The notes beneath the pieces were generated by a model that did no database searches, was not told the origin of the DNA, and saw only the letters and a list, made by a program, of their open reading frames with translations. 64,000 bases of DNA from Amphiscolops sp. MND2022 (taxonomy: Eukaryota), in contig OZ076413.1 of the NCBI GenBank assembly GCA_964187785.1, positions 47,246,001-47,310,000 of the forward strand, in the 5' to 3' direction. Of the stretch, positions 1-8,900 are shown one piece after another; position 1 is the first letter of the stretch, and the number at the start of each line of letters is the position of its first letter. Both the position numbers and the translations under genes were made by a program.

Positions 1-397
1 CCGTTGGGATCTCGGAGTTGAATATTGTTTTGAATGTTTTTCAATTCAGTGTGAAGCAGGAAAAATGATCCCATTTGCAAGATTATTTAGTATTTAGATT
101 GGAATGGAAAACTCAGAAGATGAAACCGGAAATAAAACGGCGTTGCGTGTGAAAACATTAGACCGGAAGTTTTAGCTAGTTTAAAGTCATTTCTGAAAAT
201 ATTCCGTAACGCTTACGTTAGATTCTGTATTCGGAAAATTATCTGCAATCAATTTAGCTGTACTGTAAGTAGAATTTTAGATTAGTTTAAGATTAAATTA
301 GTTTAGTAAAGTTTACCTCGGCCTTGTCCTCGGCCTCTTCCAAAGCCGGGTATGCCGCTACAGCAATAGAAATTACGACCGGGAGCGGGTCGTGACA
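1..397 (-). repeat. 3' LTR (partial, continues left of window)
   Basis: Matches 14223-14619 with one difference seen by eye (pos 44 A vs 14266 T). Similarity stops right after TGACA at 397. Confidence 0.95.
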
Positions 398-1207
398 GGG
401 CCCCTCTTGAACCGAGAGACAAAGGTAGAGCGTTGCAGTGTGGGATCTCTTTTCGAATAATGATTGGGGGCGCCCGTTGTGTAGCCGCCTGCCGCGAGCA
501 AGACCTCTGCCCTCCTTCATCTTGGCTATGAGCTTTTCTTCTTCTTCCATTTCGTGGCCTTCCTTTTCTATTTGCGCCCACACAGCAGGACAAAATTCGG
601 GTGGCCCACTTGGCTTGCTCGAGTTGCCCAATGTACAGTTGCATTTTTCTTTTCCCTCCGTAGGGGGAACGTTTTCCTTTCTGTGGGGTAATAATGGGGG
701 CTGTCTGGGGCATTCCATTGCTTTCAGGCCACAGCCACGTCTGGCGGTTGCGGAGAACTGACGGTCTTCTAAATCTAAGTTGTTTAGAGCGTCCAGATCT
801 GCTAGCGGGGGTTCATTTAGGTCATTCAGCCTGACCGTATTCGGGATTCTTTCATTTCCCAGCAAGGGAATTTTACCTTTCGGAGTGGACGCGGTTTCTG
901 CCCGAGAGGACTGCTCCTGCGGGGAAGGTGGCTCTTCGTAGTAGTCATCTGTGTCCGAATTGGCTGTTGACAGGTTAAACGTGACTCGCCCGAACTTCTT
1001 TTTCTTTTTGGGGGTGGGCCCAAATTTCTTCGGGGAGTCATCGGAATCAAAGGTAGATTCTAAGTCTGCGTCGCTCCCGCGGTAAACTTCGACCGAGGAA
1101 TCACTTAGAGTTCCTATCGTATTCAGGGGCAGCGTTTTCAGCGGAGTACTCGTGCGATTGTTCTCCTCATCAGAAGAGATGTCAATAACCAGGCTGTATC
1201 CGTTCAT
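293..1207 (-). CDS. accessory ORF3, 304-aa low-complexity protein overlapping the PPT and 3' LTR
   Basis: ATG-initiated uninterrupted ORF, GC-richer than its flanks and S/P/D/E/K-rich. Motifs LVIDISSDEE, PKKKKK and RVTF. No signal peptide or TM anchor, so not env. Confidence 0.7.
   Translation of the reverse strand: MNGYSLVIDISSDEENNRTSTPLKTLPLNTIGTLSDSSVEVYRGSDADLESTFDSDDSPKKFGPTPKKKKKFGRVTFNLSTANSDTDDYYEEPPSPQEQSSRAETASTPKGKIPLLGNERIPNTVRLNDLNEPPLADLDALNNLDLEDRQFSATARRGCGLKAMECPRQPPLLPHRKENVPPTEGKEKCNCTLGNSSKPSGPPEFCPAVWAQIEKEGHEMEEEEKLIAKMKEGRGLARGRRLHNGRPQSLFEKRSHTATLYLCLSVQEGPCHDPLPVVISIAVAAYPALEEAEDKAEVNFTKLI
398..408 (-). promoter_or_regulatory. polypurine tract-like plus-strand primer site
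   Basis: AAGAGGGGCCC immediately precedes TGTCACG of the 3' LTR on the minus strand. Confidence 0.6.
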
Positions 1208-1801
1208 CTTGTTGAGAATTTCAGATTGTTTTATTTCAAGGATTTTCCTTGTTGGTGACGATTGTGCGTTAAGAAAATTATGTTGGTCAAGCTTTTATGA
1301 AAATTGGACGACAAATGACCGTTTCAAATTCTTTTCCTTCGTAATTTTATCGAAATTCTATTGGTTGGTTTTTCCGTTTTCGTTCCGGTGCGTCCCGAGT
1401 TAGGAAAAGAAATTTCTTTCATCTGCGCTGTGATTGGTTGAAACTCATAGAAAAGCTTCTAATTTTATCTTCCTTCTTCTTTCTGTTTAATGGCGTAATG
1501 ACGTCATTGATTTTTCTCGAATATTCTACGTTCATATTCCGTAAATTTCAAAATGCCATCTTTTTTTCAGAGCTTCTTGATGAATCTTTTATTCATCTGT
1601 ATGCTTTTTGGAACGTTTTGTCCCGTCACTGCCATAATAGGCTTTCACTGAAGTTGAAGATTAGATGATTTTTCCAATTACGTAGGGATGACGTTGATGA
1701 TTTCTTTTAGGGTGTCAACTTTTACTCGACGCGATTTCTATTTTGTTGATTTCTTTTTCCCTTTTAGATTTCGTTGGCAATCGCTATTGTCATTTTTGGT
1801 C
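1208..1801. promoter_or_regulatory. candidate internal bidirectional promoter between ORF3 (-) and the antisense gene (+)
   Basis: AT-rich gap between divergent ATGs. Perfect palindrome AATGACGTCATT (CRE core) at 1497-1508; ATTGG/CCAAT boxes near 1303, 1360, 1433 and 1674. Confidence 0.45.
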
Positions 1802-4800
1802 ATGAGTGAAAACGCTGTTCCTCCTGATGTCTCTGGTTTTCTCAGTGGGCATGAGACTAACTTCTGCTTCACTGAAGACGACGCTTATCCCTCGGAAACG
1901 GAAGTTATAGTTACTTCTTCAGGTTGGTAAAATCTTTCTGACTTCTTGGGTAGTAGGACTATTTTTGTTTTGGTGATCAGCCTTTTATAGTCTTACCCGT
2001 ATCTCTGACGCGTCTGAACCAGATCTTGATTTTCAGTAACTCAACCTGGAACTTCCCCAAGGGGTTATCTTTGCTGGGTACTTCTTTGAAGTTGCCTCCA
2101 GTGACTTCAGTGCTGGTTCCTGAGCAGTCCATCAATGATGCTTTGACAACGTTGCTTCCCGCTAATCCTACTACTGAATCTTCAGTTGCTCCGGGCATTG
2201 ATGTTTCTTCTGCAGCTCCTCCTGGTTTGTCCGAAGTAGTTCCGGGCGTTGATGTTTCCTCTGCAGTTCCTCCTGATTTGTCCGAAGTAGTTCCGGGCGA
2301 TTTTGATGTCAGTGTGGAGCCTCATGAAGGTGAGGCTGCTACCACCTCCACAGGAGAAGAAAGAACTGTAGAAGAGGAGGATACGCCAGTCTGTAAGTTG
2401 TGTGTTTGTGTGATTGGTTTCTTTTGTTGTTGTTGTTTTTTTTTGTTCTTTTTGCCAACTTGTTGGTTTCTGTTTTCCATTTCTTATCACTCTTGTGTTG
2501 TAGGTTCGAAAGTGTTTCCATTCCGGAAGACGAGCGTGAAGTTCATGGAATCGTCTCCGAAATTGAAAAGGACAACACGGGTCGCAGATGTTGATGCTAC
2601 CTTGAGTGGTTGGAGTGGGGCAGAAGACGTATCATTCTCGGCAACTCCCGTGTCACCCGAAATGATGCAGCTGGGTCGTCAGTTGGCTTCGACGGTAGAG
2701 GAGCGTACTGCTCGGCAGATACAGACAGGTGAGTTGTTTATTTGTGATTGGTCTCCTGTTGGAATGGTGTGTGGTACGTTGCAGCGACGTTTGTTTTGGG
2801 TGTTACATTTGTTTGATTGGTTTTGTGCGTGTTATAGGCTTTAGCGAGCTTGTTGAGAAAGTGGAGAGTCACTTTGAGCGCCCGAAGGCGAAGAAGTATA
2901 GCAGTCGGAAGTTGTTGCATCGTCGGATGCTAGCGCTGAATCCATTGTTTGCTGATTTCGTGACGGGTTCGGAGTGTGGAAGTGCAAAGGTCTTCTATTG
3001 TCGTATTTGTAGAAGAGACGTAAAGATGGGCTCAAAAGGGGCAGCTGAGTTTGTTCGTCATTTTAAGTCGAAGAAGCACTGGGAGCAGGACGTCACATAT
3101 CGTGTGCACATGGGTCTCCCTGTGTACAACAAGCTAATGGAGCCCATGGAGCTGAGTGCCCGTCAGAGGGACGACTTCCTTTCGCGGCCCTTCGTGGATC
3201 TGGGCGGGGAGTTTCCTTTCCCTGAGGACATGTTGCCCAAACATTCAAAGGCTTCTTCGAAGGTGCCACTGATGACTCTCGTTTCGAGCTTGAGTGATGT
3301 GTTACGCAGTGGCGGGGATTTCACGTTGGTTCGTCGTCTGTGGGGCTACTTCCTCGCGTCTCTGGGCGGTCGGGATCCGGAATTCTCTCTACAGTGGAGT
3401 CGTTCAGAGACTGTGGTTAGTATTTTTGTGTGTTTGGTACATTTAGTGGGTGGTGTTCTGTTATGTGGTATTTGCTCCTTTTATAGTAAGCCGCTAGGTG
3501 ACCATAAAGATGTACTGTTGTGTGATTTCGCTCTCCGTTGTTGTTTATTTTCTCTTCCTTCTTCTTTTCATTTGGGTGTTTGTTTCAGTCCGTGTTGTGT
3601 CAAGGCCTTGTTCCCCGAGTGCTGCGCGTGATGTTCAAGAACATTGGGCAATTTCGGGAGTATTCTCTGCAGTACGAAAAGGATACGGAGGTAGAACGTT
3701 GTTTCGTTCTCTTCTGGGAAGACAACTATTTGAAAAAGGTATGTGTCGGTTGTGAGTCGCTGCTGCAGCGTGTGCCAAAACCGGAGTTGCTGCCCTTGGC
3801 ACGAGTCGTCTGTAGTTTACCGTCTGGGAAGTTGCCTTTGGCTATAGTCGGCGGAAGTCCGTCCTTAGTCCGTGTCTTGAGTGACACTCGCGCTGACAGT
3901 CGTGTCTTTGTGTCTTACCAGCCCTTCACTAGTGAGATGTTGATTCGTTGTATCCGGCAAGCCTATCAGGACGTGTTCAGTATGATGGAGGTGACTTCCC
4001 TGGTGGATTGTACTGTGTTACGCTTGAAGACTGCCATTTACGAGGACTGGATGGAGGAGAGGACCATACTTTGTAAAAGTGTTCGTCAGGGCCACGTGGA
4101 ATTCACTGATTTGCGGGAAGTACTGTCAGATCTGATCGAGTTATGGCCTTCAATACGTCCATTTGTTCGATGTACTGGTAACCCTGAGGCTAACGACAAG
4201 GCTGAACGGGTGAGTGAAAATTGTTCCTTCCGTCCGTTGTAGTTGCGGTGTTACTTTTTGTCATATCATGTTGTGTATTTTAGCTACAGGGGATTGATTG
4301 GTTACTAACTGCCGATAATATGATAACGTATCGGTTCAGTCTGCTGAAAGTGATCCTTGATACTTGTGAGTGTTTTCTTTTGAGTTGATAGATTGTTTTT
4401 TGATTGTTGTTGACTGCGTATTTGTTCGTATTATTGGCTGTTCTTTCCTGTCTTCCTCTTTTGTGTATTGGGGTAGGGTTGTTCTTCTGTTGTATACGAA
4501 TCATGGTGTATGTTTTAGTCTACAACAATTGCCCCAGATTACGACAGGATCAGGCAGATTATGCTTTCCGCGCTTATGGCGAGTTTTGCAATTTTGTGTA
4601 TTGCCTGCTCTTGAAAACTCGCAGCACCAGTGGTCTTCCTGAAATTCATGCTTGGGAGTGTTACATGGATGTCGTGAAGGTCCGGGATTTCGCTGTTGTT
4701 CCGTGTGATTCTTTCCTCTCTAATCATGACTTGGGGCAACAGTTATCCGCAGGCAAGACGAAAGAGTATGTGGCTTTCCGGCTTCATTGTCGTCAGTTCG

Positions 4801-5818
4801 TTGATCGTCTGATCATCATTTTACTGGAAAGCACATATGCACGTTCTGTTATTGCTAAGGGGATGTGTAGTTTCTGCCCCGAGTTGATGCTGGAAGGCGA
4901 TGATGTGGCCGTTTTCAGTCTATTTGCGGACTTGTGCCGTATTCTTGTATCCTGTGGTTCGCTGAGTGTGGACGAAAGTAGTGCAGCTTTGGAGGAACAT
5001 GCAAGTTTCATTGTGGAAAAGCGTGGGTATCATTCTTCGTCAGGGCAGTCTGCTGGTGACATCGTGAATGTGGTGCCGTACCTGCTCCGTGATGTTGGGT
5101 TCTTGTCACGACCACATTTGCTCCGGGTATTCAAGTTGTGTTGTTTGTCTCGGGAGTGTCTGTCTCACGCTATCCTGCCGTGTCTCTGGATTTATCTGGG
5201 TTTGCATTGAGTGTTGCAGACTTTCAGAGCTGTGTGCGACTGGTGCAGTCTTATATATTGAGCGAAGGGTATTCGCATCAGTCCTTCTTCAGTGATCAGA
5301 CTCTTATAGTTGTGAAGAAGGCCATCGCAGATGCTGGTAGATTCTTTGGAGCGTCTGACTTCAGTATGTGGACAGATTTTTGCGGGGAGGATGTAGATGC
5401 CTTTGTTGTGAAGTATAGTGCCTTATTTACTACTTTCCTCGCAGAGCGCCGGAAGAGCTTCGATGCCCGTTATGTGGAGTACAACAATGCAAATCGGATG
5501 TCCCGGCTATCTGATAGTGGCGATACAGCTGGTTCGAGTGGTTCCTTGAGTTCTGTGATCCAGCGGAAGAGGCAAGATACAGGTCCTCCAAGTGGTGTTT
5601 CTGTGAAATCTGGTGGCAGTAAGTCGAGTAATGGCGGAACAAAGTCGGGGTCTAAGTCTGCTACTATTTCGTCTAAAGGGAAGCAGCAGAAAAACATCGG
5701 TGGTAACTCGGGTGATGGAGCTGGTTCATCTAAAGGAAGAAAGAAAGCTGTGCGAGATGCTGATGATGATGGCTCTGGTAGTCAGCCAAAGCCTAAGAAA
5801 GTGTCCAAAAACTGTTGA
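1802..5818 (+). CDS. seven-exon antisense gene, ~1109 aa, BED-like zinc finger plus degenerate hAT-transposase-like body (one apparent 1-nt frameshift at ~5147)
   Basis: Exons 1802-1922, 1991-2392, 2504-2728, 2838-3415, 3589-4209, 4284-4365 and 4519-5818. All six introns are GT..AG, 68-173 nt, T/G-rich, and join in the correct phase (1,1,1,0,0,1). Zn finger FYCRICRRDVKMGSKGAAEFVRHFKSKKH. Exon sum is 3329 nt, one short of 1110 codons. Confidence 0.85.
2191..2310 (+). repeat. 51-nt (17-aa) coding tandem repeat, about 2.3 copies
   Basis: CCGGGC recurs at 2191, 2242 and 2293; peptide PG(I/V)DVSSA(A/V)PP(G/D)LSEVV. Confidence 0.9.
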
Positions 5819-5978
5819 TGATTTGATTTCTTGTAGACTTTGATGTAGTTATATTTTCCTTTTATTGTCTGCTGATCTTTGTTGTATTAGTTTTTGAGTA
5901 TATAGTTTTAGAGAATCTTGAGAAAAATTGACGTAGCCATTCCGGTTCGGTTTGGTTTGTTGAGTTTTTTAGTTAGTC

Positions 5979-8900
5979 TTAAGTTGGACGTGAGTCCTCC
6001 GTAGTAACTGAGTCAAGCATTCGAAAATCAGGATTGACATTGGGTTTCGGATTAGGTCGGAAGTTGTATCTTCCCACTTTTCTAGGGTTATATCCAACGA
6101 CGATAGGCGGCAATTCGGGTGTTTTGGGAGGGCTGTGTATCGGTGGTGGGGTCAAAATATATGGGTTATCGCTGACATCTAGGTCAAATGACGTTATATT
6201 GTCGGAAGGTGTTTTATCTTCTGCAGTATTTTCATTTGTGGCCGTTTGAGCCACGTCGTTTTCCGTTGTAGGTTCGTCTGTGGTTGTTTTAACCACGTCA
6301 TTTTCCACTATACTTTCTCTGGTGGTTGTTTTAACCACATCATTTTCCGTTGTAATTTCGTCGTTTCCTGTTATGTCTTCGATTTCTGTAAGTGTAGCTT
6401 CTTTGGCGGCATTTTCCGTATTGTTTCCGAACAGAACTTCTCCGAATTCGGTTTCCCAAGCTTGCGCGTACCAATCATTGTGGGTTGTTTTAACCTCTGG
6501 GTCTGGAAGGTAATCTTCCCTTCTGACTGTTACGTCAGGTACTCGCTGATTGGGCGCATATAGCCTTAGGCGAATTCTGTGGAGGGTTTGCGTATATCGG
6601 GTTCCCGTGCGACGTACGACGTAGTTGTTGTTTGACAATACTTTGACGACTATGTACGGACCCGTCCAGATGCAATCTTTGAAAGCGAATTTCATTGACT
6701 GGTTGTCTGCTTTCGGATTAAGGACGTAGCAGTAGTCGTTGACTTTGAGTGGCGTTGCTGTCGCTTTCTTGTCGTAGTACTGTTTGTACTTTAAGTAGGA
6801 CTGCATTAGATTTTCTTTGGCGGCTTGGTGTATTTCGGATATTTGTTTCTGTAGTTGATCCGTCAGTTCTTCGTTGTTAGCTTTTTTCCATTCAGGTTTC
6901 AATCCGAGTTTTATGTCTAGGATGTTGTACGGAATGCGTCCGTGAAATACTGTTGTAGGTTCACAACCTAGGCTTTCATGATAGCTCGTATTGTAGTTCA
7001 TGACCGCGATCTGGACATATTTATGCCACATAGAGCGTCGTTCTCCCGTTGATATCTTTAGGGAGGTTTTCAAAGAGGCATGAGTCTTTTCTAGGATGCC
7101 AATTGTTTGAGCGTGTTTCGTCGATGCGTGGCTTATCCTTATATCCAGTGTTTGTCTTATTTGATTGACTACTTCTGACCTGAATTGTGATCCTTTATCC
7201 GTTAGAATGACGGTCGGCAGGTAGCAGTGTCGTGTCATGACGTCTATTATGCATCGTGCGACTGTTTTGGCTGTCATGTCCTGTGTCGGGTAAGCGAAAA
7301 GGTAACGCGAAAAAACATCCATCATCGTTATGATGTGTTGGTATCCATTTGAGGAAGGTAGATTTGGTAGAATGTCTACTTCTAGGCAGTCTTCTGGTCC
7401 CATTGTGAATTCAGTGTTGCTTAGCATTTTGGGGCGTATTTGTCTTGTGTCAATTCTTTTATTGGCAATGCAGTCTTGACAGATGGTTACCCAAGCCCTG
7501 ATTTTTCGTGCAAGACCCGGGAAGTAGTATTTCGCTCTGCATTCTTGTATCATTTTTGTGATTCCTGGGTGTTTATTTGTTTTTCCATGTAGAGTGGCCA
7601 AGAGTTCTGGGACTAGGTGTTTCGGAATTATAATTTGATTATGGGTGACTGATCCGTCTTCTCCGTAGTATTTCCGCATCAGAACTCCATCTTTCATTAT
7701 GATTCTTTCTTCGTGGCGTAATAGGTTTCGTCCTCGTGGTTCAGTTTTGAGAAGGTGTTTGTCATATTCTTCGTGTGAGATCCGTTGTTTCAGTGCTTTG
7801 AGGAGAGGGTCTGCATCTTGCTCGTTTCTGATCCGTGCATTTTCTTTGATTGCACCGAAGGAGTAGACTGCGGAGTTGAGTGGTATCTTGATGACTTCGG
7901 TTACTTTTGTTGATAGTTCTCTCTCATGTTTGTCTAGGGCGCGTCGTTTGCTGAGTGCTTTTCGGGCAAAGATTTCTTGTTCAGATTCATCTTCTTCATC
8001 AGGTAGGAAGAAAAGTTGTTCTTCGTCAGCTACATCTGATGATTGTAGATTGACCTCAATTGGGGACGTTAGGATGTCGTCTCGTAGTTTAAGTTGTACC
8101 TTTTCTTTCGGTGTAAGTTCAAGTCTTGAAAGAAAATCTGCTGCTGTGTTTTGGGAGCCTGCTACGTGCATAATTCGAAACTTGAACTGTAATACATAGT
8201 CACAGGCATTCCAGAGTGCAGGGGGTGTCGTTTTTGTCTGGAAGAATCTTGTTACTGAGCGATTGTCTGTTAAGACCAGAGTTGGAATTGTTGTTTCCCA
8301 TAGTATGTGGCTGTATTCGAGGAATGCATGGTAGATTGCTAAGAATTCTTTGCAGTAGATGGACATTTTCAGTTGTGCAGGTGAAAAAACTCGTGATCCG
8401 AACGCTACTGGTGCGAAGGTTTTTCGTTTGGAGAGTCTTTTGCGTTCATCGTTCTCCTCAATCATGAGGGCGTAGCCTGACGCACGAAAGCTTGCATCCG
8501 TCATTAGGACGTATTGTTTTCCTGCTATGGGCTGTCGGAGCGCAAGTCCACAAGCTTCCGCTAAACTGGCGTTAATTTCCTTAAAGTTATCGACAAGTTC
8601 TTCTGAAATTCTGATCTTGGAGTCTGCTTTAAGAAGTTCGTACATGCCGATGAGTTTTTCTGACAAGCGCGGTATGTAGTTGCGGTAATAGTTAACAAAG
8701 CCAATGTATTTTTGAACCTGTTTTTTGGATTTGGGGAAGCGGACTTTGGAGAGGAAATTTTTGACTTTTTGATCTTGCGGGGCTACTCCGTCGGGGGTGA
8801 TGGTTCGGCCAAGGAATTCGATTTGGGTTACTCCGAAATGACATTTTTCGATAGTTAGTTTTAGTCTTGCTTTTCTAATACATTTGAAGACTGCTCTGAT

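Noticed and set aside
2026..5210. ORF-track proteins 2026-2844, 2729-3631, 3538-4242 and 4404-5210 as separate genes
   Set aside because: They are exons plus intron read-through of one spliced gene, and none starts at an ATG.
293..5818. env gene in the post-pol position
   Set aside because: ORF3 has no signal peptide or TM anchor. The hydrophobic Cys/Val/Phe stretches in the + strand ORFs are translated TG-rich introns.
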